NCBI GenBank assembly: GCA_035280505.1
Contig: DATEFT010000635.1
Location: 1,583-65,582, forward strand
Length of the DNA: 64,000 nt
Source of the DNA: Blastocatellia bacterium
GTDB lineage: Bacteria > Acidobacteriota > Blastocatellia > RBC074
Reading direction: 5' to 3'
In this document: positions 1 through 8,732 of the stretch, one piece after another
Numbering within the stretch: the first letter of the stretch is position 1
Layout: every line of letters begins with the position of its first letter
Notes under the pieces: generated by a model
Database searches by the model: none
What the model was told of the DNA's origin: nothing
What the model saw: only the letters and a program-made list of their open reading frames with translations
Program-made: the position numbers and the translations under genes

Positions 1-2529
1 ATCAACATCGTCTCCAAGAGCGGGACCAACGAGTTTCACGGCAATTTCTTCAACTATCTGCGCAGCGAGAGCATCGATTCGCGCAATACGTTCGCGACCG
101 GACTGCAACAGAAGCCGAAGTTCCGCCGCAACCAGCCCGGATTTACGCTCGGCGGTCCGATCAGAGACGATAAGACCTTCTTCTTCGCGGCCTACGAGGG
201 GCTCTTCCGGCGCGAATCGGCCATCTCGACGATCCTGGCCGATTCTTCGATCCTGCAGCCGTCCACCACCCAGCAGGCGATCATCAGCACGCTGCTCAGA
301 TCGAACAATCCCAATAACATTCAGTTGGCGCAGAAGCTCCAGGGCCTGCTGACGACCGCCCCCAACAGCCCGGTGCCGGGCGCCGGCCAGTTCTTTCCGC
401 AGAACCGCGCCACGTACAACTATCTCGCCAACTCGACCGGCGCGTTTCCGGTGGAGCAGAATGCGAGCACGGCCAGTTTTCGGCTCGACCATGCCTTCAC
501 GGAGCGGGACTACCTCTTCTTCCGCTACAGCCTGACCAACGACAGTCAGCATAATGCCGGAATCGGCGGACAGTTTGCGCCGTCGTCGGGATTCGACATC
601 GGGAGCCAGGACCACAGCTTCACCTTCGGGGAGACGCACGTCTTCAGAAGAAGCGGCGCCTCGAACGAATTTCGGCTGCAGCTCACGCGCAACATCTACA
701 ACATCAATACCGTCGATCCGTTCGGCCCGCGGGTTCAGATCGCGGGGATCGGATTCTTCGGTCGCGAGTTCGCCTCGCCTTCCGATCGAACCCAGCGGCG
801 CCTGCAATTTCTCGACAACCTGAGCCTGACGCGCGGCCGGCACAACTTCAAATTCGGTGGCGATTTCAGTCACTACAACGTCGACACGTTCAGCGCGGTC
901 TTCCTGGGCGGCACCGTCGATTTCGCCCAACTGCCCATTCCCCTGGCCGCGGTCCTGGACCCGATGGACCCGACCTTCACCGCCCAGTTGAGAGCCTCGC
1001 TGAACGCCCTGGGGCGGAGCGACCTGGCGGCGTCGATCAACGATCCCAATCAACCGCTGACCACCATCCAGCAGGTCAACTTCGGCCTGACGCGCTCGAT
1101 CAACCAGGGCTTCGGCAACCCGCGGGCGACCTTGCCGGGCAATATCCTGGGTTTCTATTGGCAGGACAGCGTCAAGGTCAAATCGAACCTGCAGCTCAGC
1201 TTCGGGATGCGCTACGACTACGACCTGCTGCCGCCCGGCACGCCGCGCGACAAGAACAATATCAGCCCCCGCTTCAGCTTCGCGTATGACCCGTTCAAGA
1301 CCGGACGGACGGTGATCCGGGGCGGCGGCGGAATCTACTATCAACAGTTCTTCGTCGGATCGGCCTTCATCTCCTCGATTCTGGGGACCGGGCAGATCAG
1401 CAACATTCTGGTTTCGGCCAATGCGGCGGCGACACCGGTGGGGCCGAACTCCACCTGCGGGACCGCCCAGATTCCGTCGGCCTGCTTCTACCGGGAGCTG
1501 GTCAGCCGCGGCCTGTTGACGCTGCCGTCGACCGGCACGATTCCGGAGTCGGCCTATGCGGACCTCCTGGGTCTGACCCGCCAGACCAGCAACAACCGGA
1601 TCGTGATCAGACTGGACCCGAACGCCGTCAACCCCTATGCGATTCAGTCCAGCCTGGGCATCGATCAACAGCTCGGCCGGGACTGGAACCTCTCGCTCAA
1701 CTATCTGATCAACCGCGGGATGAAACTGATCCGTCCCCGGCAGGTCAATGCCATCGCCGACCCGACGCAGCTCGACGCCTTCGGGCGCCCGGCCCTGATC
1801 GGAAGAATTGATCAGACCAGGTCGGCCGATTTCGTCACCGAGACCGCGGGCACCTCCGTCTATCACGGGCTGGCCGTCTCGATGAACAAACGGCTGAGCC
1901 GCCATTATCAGGTGATCGGGTCCTACACCTTCAGCAAGGCGATCGACGACGCCACCGACAACAACTTCGAGTTCACTCCCCAGGACCCGACCAATGCCCG
2001 CGCGGATCGCGCGCGTTCGGCCTTCGACGTGCGGCACGTCCTGTCGGTCGCGGCGATCGTCGACAGCCCGTTCCGGGGCGGCGCCGGCCGATCGTTGTAC
2101 GAGCGGGTCCTGTCCGATATGTACCTCTCTCCGATCGTGACCATGCGTTCCGGTTTCCCCTTCAACGTCCTGACCGGAATCGACGTCAACATGGACAACA
2201 ACCCCAACGACCGCCCGTTCGGTCTGGGACGCAACGCCGGGTTCGGCCCCGGCTACTTCAGCACCGATGTGCGGCTCGGCCGGCGCTTCCATCTGGGCTC
2301 CGACAACCCGCGCACGCTCGAGGTCAGCCTCGACACCTTCAATCTCTTCAATCGCGTCAATTATCGGGGGCTGAACAACAACACCGGTGGCGTCCTCTTT
2401 CTCGACCAGCTCACCAATTCGGATCTGGGACTCAAGGGTAGTCCCGACTTGCCGGCCAGCAGTTTCCGGGGATTCACCACGGCTTACGATCCTCGAATTC
2501 TGCAGCTCGGATTGAAACTCAATTTCTAA
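1..2529 (+). CDS. TonB-dependent outer-membrane receptor (CarboxypepD_reg/plug/barrel class), copy 1, 5-prime end cut by window edge
   Basis: Frame 1 is open from nt 1 (INIVSKSGTNEFHGNFF...FRRNQPGFTLGGP), upstream of the TTG-initiated ORF-track entry 325..2529. Colinear with residues ~245-1082 of the 4121..7369 paralog (~80-85% identical by eye). Ends in ...LKLNF. Confidence 0.9.
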   Translation: MNIVSKSGTNEFHGNFFNYLRSESIDSRNTFATGLQQKPKFRRNQPGFTLGGPIRDDKTFFFAAYEGLFRRESAISTILADSSILQPSTTQQAIISTLLRSNNPNNIQLAQKLQGLLTTAPNSPVPGAGQFFPQNRATYNYLANSTGAFPVEQNASTASFRLDHAFTERDYLFFRYSLTNDSQHNAGIGGQFAPSSGFDIGSQDHSFTFGETHVFRRSGASNEFRLQLTRNIYNINTVDPFGPRVQIAGIGFFGREFASPSDRTQRRLQFLDNLSLTRGRHNFKFGGDFSHYNVDTFSAVFLGGTVDFAQLPIPLAAVLDPMDPTFTAQLRASLNALGRSDLAASINDPNQPLTTIQQVNFGLTRSINQGFGNPRATLPGNILGFYWQDSVKVKSNLQLSFGMRYDYDLLPPGTPRDKNNISPRFSFAYDPFKTGRTVIRGGGGIYYQQFFVGSAFISSILGTGQISNILVSANAAATPVGPNSTCGTAQIPSACFYRELVSRGLLTLPSTGTIPESAYADLLGLTRQTSNNRIVIRLDPNAVNPYAIQSSLGIDQQLGRDWNLSLNYLINRGMKLIRPRQVNAIADPTQLDAFGRPALIGRIDQTRSADFVTETAGTSVYHGLAVSMNKRLSRHYQVIGSYTFSKAIDDATDNNFEFTPQDPTNARADRARSAFDVRHVLSVAAIVDSPFRGGAGRSLYERVLSDMYLSPIVTMRSGFPFNVLTGIDVNMDNNPNDRPFGLGRNAGFGPGYFSTDVRLGRRFHLGSDNPRTLEVSLDTFNLFNRVNYRGLNNNTGGVLFLDQLTNSDLGLKGSPDLPASSFRGFTTAYDPRILQLGLKLNF

Positions 2530-2597
2530 ATTCGACTTGGGCTCCCCTTCATTCCGTGGTGCCGGGAATGGATAGGAATGGTGGAATGATGAAGAGT

Positions 2598-2653
2598 GAA
2601 CGCGAATCGCACGAAACTGACACAAAGCCGAAAATTCGTGCGGTTCGCGTTTC
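2598..2653. repeat. Family-A-like imperfect palindrome in the receptor-partner gap
   Basis: Left arm GAACGCGAATCGCACGAA (2598..2615). Right arm TTCGTGCGGTTCGCGTTTC (2635..2653), which is the reverse complement with 1 mismatch and 1 bulge. Confidence 0.75.
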
Positions 2654-2671
2654 GCTCGTTCTTTAAAACTT

Positions 2672-3649
2672 ATGATGAAGATCTTCGCTATCCTGCTTAC
2701 GTTGTGGGCCGGAACCGAGACGCTGGCTCAATCCGTATCGTTCGAGAAACAGGCTCTGACCTCTGTTCAGCAGATGTTCGCTTCCAGCCTCGACCCCGAA
2801 CTGCCGTCACGCCCCTTCCAAACCTGGCTCAATGAGGTGATCGGCCCGCGCGCCGGAGTGGTCTGGCAACTGACCGAATGCGGCGAAGGAATCGTCAACG
2901 CCGGCGAGCCCGGACCGGATCTGCCGGCCTGCGCCGAAGTCAACGCCAGTCTGCCTGACGGACGCAAAGTGATCGTCGCCATCACCGTCGGGACCTTCAA
3001 GAAGGGGGTCACCGGCAAACCGGTCTTCTTCCGCGCCGTCGTCGAACGTGACGAACAGCTTCGCCTGGTCGCCCACCTGCGCGAGGTGCCGACGGCCCTC
3101 TTCTCCTCCCAGCAGCTCGCCGCCACCCCACGAGACCCCACGCCCCCGAGCCAGCCCAGCCCCGCGGCGCCCAAACCCGCGAAACGCTCGATTAATCTGC
3201 CTCCGCTGACCGCGAAGGGATGGGCCGTCAACTTCCCGCTCCATGCCTCCCAGATCGCCTCGGTCGACCACAACTCCGAGATCGCGCCACAGGGTCCGCG
3301 CGAGGAGGAGGCGCCGCCGCCGCCACCGGTGGCATCGCCGGCCAAACTTCCCGCCGCTCCCCAGGACGTGGCGGAGGGCATTCTGCAAGGTAAGGCCCTG
3401 TTCAAGGTCAGACCCGAATATCCGGCAAGCGCGAGAAAGATGAACGCCCTGGGCGCGGTGGAGGTCCAGATCGTGATCTCCGAAAGCGGAAAGGTCCTCG
3501 ACGCCAAGGCCGTCAGCGGGCACATGGCGCTGCGCAGCATCGCCGTGAAAGCCGCCTCTCAATGGATCTTCAAGCCGACCACCGTCAACGGAACCCCGGT
3601 CAAGGTTCAGGGCATCCTGACCTTCCTCTTCACCCCCAACTCAAAATAG
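2672..3649 (+). CDS. Secreted TonB C-terminal-domain protein, partner of receptor copy 1
   Basis: Signal-peptide-like MMKIFAILLTLWAGTETLAQ. Conserved domain (WQLTECGE...DLPACAEVNASLPDGRKVIV...GTFKKG). Pro-rich linker (EEAPPPPPVASPAKLP). TonB_C-like end (VRPEYPASARKMNALGAVEVQIVISESGKVLDAKAVSGH...WIFKPTTVNGTPVKVQGILTFLF). Confidence 0.8.
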   Translation: MMKIFAILLTLWAGTETLAQSVSFEKQALTSVQQMFASSLDPELPSRPFQTWLNEVIGPRAGVVWQLTECGEGIVNAGEPGPDLPACAEVNASLPDGRKVIVAITVGTFKKGVTGKPVFFRAVVERDEQLRLVAHLREVPTALFSSQQLAATPRDPTPPSQPSPAAPKPAKRSINLPPLTAKGWAVNFPLHASQIASVDHNSEIAPQGPREEEAPPPPPVASPAKLPAAPQDVAEGILQGKALFKVRPEYPASARKMNALGAVEVQIVISESGKVLDAKAVSGHMALRSIAVKAASQWIFKPTTVNGTPVKVQGILTFLFTPNSK

Positions 3650-3652
3650 CGA

Positions 3653-3681
3653 TTGCCAAGTGCAATCACCACCAGTATAAT
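3653..3681 (+). promoter_or_regulatory. Sigma70-like promoter candidate for receptor copy 2
   Basis: TTGCCA (3653..3658), 17-nt spacer, TATAAT (3676..3681). Lies 4 nt after the upstream stop and ~440 nt before the 4121 start. Confidence 0.45.
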
Positions 3682-3762
3682 TTGTTAATATTGATATTTT
3701 CCCGACCCCAAAGTTGTCCCAAATCTGTTGCCCACTCTCGATAAGCTAACTCTTTAGCATCA

Positions 3763-3794
3763 GGCGGCACGAAGCCGAGGCGGCACGAAGCCGA
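3763..3794. repeat. Perfect 16-bp tandem direct repeat (x2) in the leader
   Basis: GGCGGCACGAAGCCGA at 3763..3778 and again at 3779..3794. Followed by hairpin GAAATCC (3799..3805) / GGATTTC (3814..3820). Confidence 0.9.
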
Positions 3795-4120
3795 TCACGA
3801 AATCCCCGATCTTGGATTTCACGTCAGATAGATCGCGCCTAGTAGGATCAATACTAGGGAGACCTATCCTGCCGGAACTGGAAATATCATCTTGGCGCGG
3901 TGATGGTGTTAGGTGATGGGTGGTAGGTGATATACGCAGACCTAGACTCGTGAAGTAATCACGCCCTCATTATCCTCAAATTCAATTGAATATCCCCAGG
4001 GCTCCGCTTCCCTCCTGAACCGGCTTTCATCGGTCTCCGGAGGGAGACCAGGTCCATCCATTTTGGCTTTCAATGCGGCAGGCGCCACTGTTTGAACCAG
4101 ATCCTTAAATAGGAGGTCAA

Positions 4121-7100
4121 ATGCTCAAGCAATGCATCCATCTGGTCTGTATCCTGACCACACTCGCTCTGTTCAACATCCCCGTTTTGCCGCAAGCCCG
4201 CAGTTCGGCGGCCGACCTGACCGGCGTCGTCTCGGATCCGACCCAGCTCCGGCTGAAGGGTGCGACCGTGACCGCGGTCAATCTCTCGACCGGGTTCACC
4301 CGGTCATCGACCACCGACGCCACCGGGGCCTACCGTCTTCCGCTCTTGCCGCCCGGCCAATATGAGGTGCGGGTCGAGATCGCGGGCTACAACACGCAGA
4401 TCAAAAAGGGCGTCACGCTGATGGTCGGTCAGACGGTGGCGATCAACTTCGAGATGGCGGTCGGGTTCGCCAAGGAGATCGAGGTGATCCAGACCGACGC
4501 GCCGATCGGGGAGCCCGAGCGGACCCACCAGGCCGAGGTGATCACGCAGAGGCCGATCAACGACTTGCCGATCAACGGCCGCAACTTTCTGTCCTTCGTC
4601 AAATTGACGCCCGGCGTGACCGACGAGAATCCGGCCATCGCCGGCGCGCAGCCGGGGCCGCTGACCACCTCCGGCCTCTCCTTCGCCGGCCAGAACGCCC
4701 GCACCAACAGCGTCCAGATCGACGGCGTCGACAACAACGACGTCACCAGCAACGGCGTCCGGCCGACCATCGGCCAGGAGGCCGTCAGCGAGTTTCAGAT
4801 CAATCGCAACAGCTACAATCCGGAGTTCGGGCGCGCCACCGGCGGCGTGATCAACATCGTCTCCAAGAGCGGGACCAACGATTTTCATGGCAACCTCTTC
4901 GATTTCATCCGCAGCGACGAGATCGACGCGCGCAACAGTTTCGCCACCGGACAGCCGGAGCGGCCGGAATTTCGCCGGAACCAGCCCGGCTTCACCTTCG
5001 GGGGCCCGATCAGAACCGACAAGACCTTCTTCTTCGCGGCCTACGAGGGGCTCTTCCGGCGCGATTCGGCCATCACGACCATTCTGGCGGATCCCTCGAT
5101 CCTGCAGCCCACGACCGGCCAACAGGCCGTCATCCAGACCCTGCTCAGATCCGGGAATCCGACCAACATCTCGAATGCGTTGACGCTGCAGAGCCTGTTG
5201 ACGACCTCCGCCAACAGTCCGGCGCCGCCGTCCGGGCAGTTCTTTCCGCAGAACCGCGCCACATACAACTATCTCTCTCGTTCGACCGGCGCGTTCCCCA
5301 TCGATCAGAACGCGAGCACGGCCAGTTTCCGGCTCGACCACGCCTTCACCGAACAGGACTATCTCTTCTTTCGCTACAGTCTGACCAACGACAGCCTGCA
5401 CAACGCCGGGATCGGCGGACAGTTTGCGCCGTCGTCCGGGTTCGACATCGCGAATCATGATCACACCTTCACCTTCGGGGAGACGCACGTCTTCAAGAAC
5501 AGCGGGGCCTCGAACGAATTCCGCCTGCAACTGACGCGGAACGTCTACAACATCGACCCGGTCGACCCCAATGGACCGCGGCTCCAGATCGCCGGAATCG
5601 GCATGTTCGGCCGCGAGTTTGCTTCGCCCTCCGACCGGACCCAGCGGCGCGTGCAGTTTCTGGACAACCTGAGCTTCACCCGCGGCCGGCACAACTTCAA
5701 AGTCGGAGCCGATTTCAGCCATTACAACGTCGACACCTTCAGCGCGATCTTTCTCGGCGGCAATATCGACTTCGCGCAACTGCCGATCCCGGTCGCCGCG
5801 GTGCTCGACCAGGGGCTGACCAACCAGGTGATCAACGCGCTGGGCAACCTGGGACGGAGCGACCTGATTCCGGTGCTCACCAGTCCCAACCAGCCGCTGA
5901 CCACCGTCCAGCAGGTCAACTTCGGCCTGACGCGTTCGATCAGCCAGGGCTTCGGCAATCCGAGGGCCAAGTTCCCGGGCAATATTCTGGGGCTCTACTG
6001 GCAGGACAGCGTCCGGCTGAGACCGAACCTGCAACTCACCTTCGGGCTACGCTACGACTACGACCTGCTGCCCCCCGGCACGCCCCGCGACAAGAACAAT
6101 TTCGGTCCGCGCTTCAGCTTCGCCTACGACGTCTCCGGGAACGGCCGGACGGTGATCCGTGGCGGCGGCGGCAGTTTCTACCAGCAGTTCTTCGTGGGCT
6201 CGGCCTTCCTCTCGTCGGTGCTGGGCAGCGGGCAGATCAGCACCATCCTGGTCACGCCCGACCAGCGATTGACCCCGGTGGCTCCCAGCTCGCCCTGCGG
6301 CTCGACCTTCTCTCCGTCGGCCTGCTTCTACCAGTTGCTCGTCGGCAGCGGGTTGTTGGGAATGCCCGCGACCAGCCCCATCCCCGAATCGGCCTATGCC
6401 AGCCTGCTGGGTTTGACCCGCCAGACCAGCAACAACCGGCAGGTGATCAGACTGGACCAGAACGCCGTCAATCCCTACGTCATTCAGGCCAGCCTGGGGC
6501 TCGACCAGCAACTCGGTCAAGACTGGAATCTGTCGTTCAACTACCTCCTCAACCGCAGCGCGAAACTGATCCGTCCGCGTCAGGTCAACGCCCTGCCGGA
6601 CCCGACCAGACTCGACGCCTTCGGACGCCCGGCGCTCACGCGGCGCGCGGACCCGACGAAGCTGGCCGATTTCGTCACCGAGACCGCGGGCAACTCGATC
6701 TATCACGGGCTGGCCGTCTCGATGAATAAACGGCTGAGCCGCAACTATCAGGTGATCGGGTCCTACACGCTGAGCAAGACGATCGACGACACCACGGATC
6801 AGAACTATGAGCAGATCCCGCAAGACCCGACCAATACCCGGGTCGATCGCAGCCTCTCGTCGTTCGACGTCCGCCACATCCTCTCGCTGGCGGCGATCGT
6901 CGATAGCCCGTTCCAGGGCGGCGCCGGCAAATCGTTGTACGAGCGGGTCCTGGCCAACATGTACTTCTCGCCGATCATGACCGTGCGTTCCGGGTTCCCC
7001 TTCAATGTTCAGACCGGGATCGACATCAACATGGACAACAACGCCAATGACCGCCCCCTCGGTCTGGGACGCAACGCCGGAATCGGCCCCGGATACTTCA

Positions 7101-7369
7101 GCACCGATGTCCGGGTGGGCCGGCGCATCCGTTTCAGCCCCGACAGCCCGCGCTCGCTCGAGGTCATTCTCGATACCTTCAACCTCTTCAACCGGGTCAA
7201 TTTTAAGGGGGTCAACAACAATACCGCCGGCGTGCTCTATCTCGATCAGCTCGTCGGCTCCGAGATGAGCCTGAAAGGCACTTCGAGCCTGCCGGCGACC
7301 AGTTTCCGGGGCTTCACCTCGGCCTATGATCCCCGAATTGTTCAGCTCGGACTGAAACTCAATTTCTAA
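4121..7369 (+). CDS. TonB-dependent outer-membrane receptor, copy 2
   Basis: 1082 aa. RBS AGGAGGTCAA-ATG. Signal peptide, SSAADLTGVVSD CarboxypepD_reg-like start, plug motifs PINGRNFLSF and FRRNQPGFTFGGP, long barrel, terminal LKLNF. Confidence 0.92.
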   Translation: MLKQCIHLVCILTTLALFNIPVLPQARSSAADLTGVVSDPTQLRLKGATVTAVNLSTGFTRSSTTDATGAYRLPLLPPGQYEVRVEIAGYNTQIKKGVTLMVGQTVAINFEMAVGFAKEIEVIQTDAPIGEPERTHQAEVITQRPINDLPINGRNFLSFVKLTPGVTDENPAIAGAQPGPLTTSGLSFAGQNARTNSVQIDGVDNNDVTSNGVRPTIGQEAVSEFQINRNSYNPEFGRATGGVINIVSKSGTNDFHGNLFDFIRSDEIDARNSFATGQPERPEFRRNQPGFTFGGPIRTDKTFFFAAYEGLFRRDSAITTILADPSILQPTTGQQAVIQTLLRSGNPTNISNALTLQSLLTTSANSPAPPSGQFFPQNRATYNYLSRSTGAFPIDQNASTASFRLDHAFTEQDYLFFRYSLTNDSLHNAGIGGQFAPSSGFDIANHDHTFTFGETHVFKNSGASNEFRLQLTRNVYNIDPVDPNGPRLQIAGIGMFGREFASPSDRTQRRVQFLDNLSFTRGRHNFKVGADFSHYNVDTFSAIFLGGNIDFAQLPIPVAAVLDQGLTNQVINALGNLGRSDLIPVLTSPNQPLTTVQQVNFGLTRSISQGFGNPRAKFPGNILGLYWQDSVRLRPNLQLTFGLRYDYDLLPPGTPRDKNNFGPRFSFAYDVSGNGRTVIRGGGGSFYQQFFVGSAFLSSVLGSGQISTILVTPDQRLTPVAPSSPCGSTFSPSACFYQLLVGSGLLGMPATSPIPESAYASLLGLTRQTSNNRQVIRLDQNAVNPYVIQASLGLDQQLGQDWNLSFNYLLNRSAKLIRPRQVNALPDPTRLDAFGRPALTRRADPTKLADFVTETAGNSIYHGLAVSMNKRLSRNYQVIGSYTLSKTIDDTTDQNYEQIPQDPTNTRVDRSLSSFDVRHILSLAAIVDSPFQGGAGKSLYERVLANMYFSPIMTVRSGFPFNVQTGIDINMDNNANDRPLGLGRNAGIGPGYFSTDVRVGRRIRFSPDSPRSLEVILDTFNLFNRVNFKGVNNNTAGVLYLDQLVGSEMSLKGTSSLPATSFRGFTSAYDPRIVQLGLKLNF

Positions 7370-7474
7370 AGTTGAGAATTGCTGGGAATGATGATACAGA
7401 GAACGCGAAACACGCGAACTGATAATTTACTAACCGAGTATTTTGGAAATTTGGTTCTTGAGATCTGTGATGCC

Positions 7475-7538
7475 AACCGCGAAACACGCGAAATACGCGA
7501 AAGCCGTATGATTTAGCGTGTTTCGCGTATTTCGCGGT
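7475..7538. repeat. Family-A palindromic element (tandem CGCGAAAnn units) in the receptor-partner gap
   Basis: Left arm AACCGCGAAACACGCGAAATACGCGAAAG (7475..7503). Right arm GCGTGTTTCGCGTATTTCGCGGT (7516..7538). An extra half-copy GAACGCGAAACACGCGAAC lies at 7401..7419. Confidence 0.8.
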
Positions 7539-7605
7539 CAAGAGACAGATGGATCGCCAAATAACTTGGTGGCACATAATTTCGCGTTCTCTGTTTTTAA
7601 GATTT

Positions 7606-8553
7606 ATGAAGAAGATTTTGGTGATCCTGATGCTGTGCTGGGCCTGGGTGAAGACCCCGGCCCAAACTATTTCATTCGAGCAGCAAGCTTTGACCGCGGT
7701 TCAGCAGATGCCCGCCTCGAGCCTCGATCCCGAACTGCCGGCCCGCTCTTTCCAGACCTGGTTCAACGAACTGATCGGCCCCCGCGCCGGAGTGATCTGG
7801 CAGTTGACCGAGTGCGGTGAACGAATCTCCGCTCAGGGCGAAACCGAATCGGACCTGCCGGCCTGCGCGGAGGTCACCGCGGGCCTGCCGGATGGAGGCA
7901 AAGTGATCGTCGTGATCACCGTCGGGACCTTCAAAAAGGGGCTCACCGGCAGACCGGCCTTCTTTCGCGCCGTGGTCGAACGCAACGAACAGCTCCGTCC
8001 CGTCCAGCGCCTCTGCGAAGTGGCCGAGGTCCTGCTCATGAATACCACCCGGCCCCGCAGTCTGGGCCGCTCCAAATCGGGAGCGCTCTCCATCAAGCTG
8101 CCGGCGCTCAAACCCAATCCGGCGGGAATTAATTTCCCTTTTTATGCCGCCCGCATCTTGCCGACCAGTCCGATTTTTGAGATCGTTCCACAGGGGTTAA
8201 TTCGAGAAGAGGCGCCGGCTCCACCGCCGGCACCATCGTCCACTCCCCAGGCCTTGCCGGAAACACAGGATGTGGCGGAAGGAGTCTTACGGGGCAACGC
8301 CACGACCAAGGTCAAACCGAGTTACCCGCTAAGTGCGAGAAAGATGAATGCCTTAGGACCGGTAGAGGTCCGAATCTTGATCTCGGAGACCGGGACTGTA
8401 ATCGATGCCAAGGCCCTCAGCGGACATATGGCGCTGCGCGGCGCGGCAGTTGAGGCAGCATCCCGATGGGTCTTCAGACCCACGACCATCAACCGCACTC
8501 CCGTCAAGGTCCAGGGCATCTTGACCTTTATCTTTACGCCCAGTGAAAAATAG
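7606..8553 (+). CDS. Secreted TonB C-terminal-domain protein, partner of receptor copy 2
   Basis: Start chosen at internal ATG 7606 (MKKILVILMLCWAWVKTPAQ), matching the other partners. The ORF-track start at 7549 adds 19 aa that run out of the hairpin. Same WQLTECGE...DLPACAEV...GTFKKG domain, Pro-rich linker and TonB_C end. Confidence 0.8.
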   Translation: MKKILVILMLCWAWVKTPAQTISFEQQALTAVQQMPASSLDPELPARSFQTWFNELIGPRAGVIWQLTECGERISAQGETESDLPACAEVTAGLPDGGKVIVVITVGTFKKGLTGRPAFFRAVVERNEQLRPVQRLCEVAEVLLMNTTRPRSLGRSKSGALSIKLPALKPNPAGINFPFYAARILPTSPIFEIVPQGLIREEAPAPPPAPSSTPQALPETQDVAEGVLRGNATTKVKPSYPLSARKMNALGPVEVRILISETGTVIDAKALSGHMALRGAAVEAASRWVFRPTTINRTPVKVQGILTFIFTPSEK

Positions 8554-8592
8554 CGGCCCCTCACGACCGGAGCCCGGGATTGATTGGCGAAA

Positions 8593-8640
8593 ATAACGAA
8601 AGAAACGAATCTCGACCCCGCTTTTCGTTTGTTTCGTTAT
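8593..8640. repeat. Palindromic hairpin (AACGAAA variant), terminator candidate after partner 2
   Basis: ATAACGAAAGAAACGAA (8593..8609) pairs with TTCGTTTGTTTCGTTAT (8624..8640): 17-nt arms, 1 mismatch, no T-run. Confidence 0.6.
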
Positions 8641-8732
8641 CTTCGTTTATCTCGTATTCTGTAGGGTCATTTGAGTTATGATATTCAGCGTTTTTAAGAA
8701 TCCACAGAAAGAGTATTTCCGAGGTTCAAACG

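Noticed and set aside
2596-2835. Short plus-strand ORFs spanning the receptor-partner gaps: 2596..2835 and 7518..7820.
   Set aside because: They start inside the hairpin repeats and run out of frame across the partner genes. There is no RBS or motif support.
3855-4095. Possible cobalamin riboswitch in the copy-2 leader: GGGAGACC motifs resembling a B12 box and GCCACTG near 4083.
   Set aside because: The elements are in the wrong order and spacing. The conserved GGGAA...GGTGAAAATCC...CCCGC core is absent. An Rfam scan would be needed to settle it, and by eye it does not fit.
4304-6034. Very long antisense ORFs inside the receptor genes: 4304..6034, 10711..12174, 12778..14319, 16403..18187 and 20851..23181, up to 776 aa.
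   Set aside because: They lie exactly opposite strongly supported receptor CDSs. They have Arg/Gly/Asp/Val-rich compositions typical of the reverse frame of high-GC genes, and no recognisable motifs or RBS. The same applies to most other ORF-track entries that overlap annotated genes.
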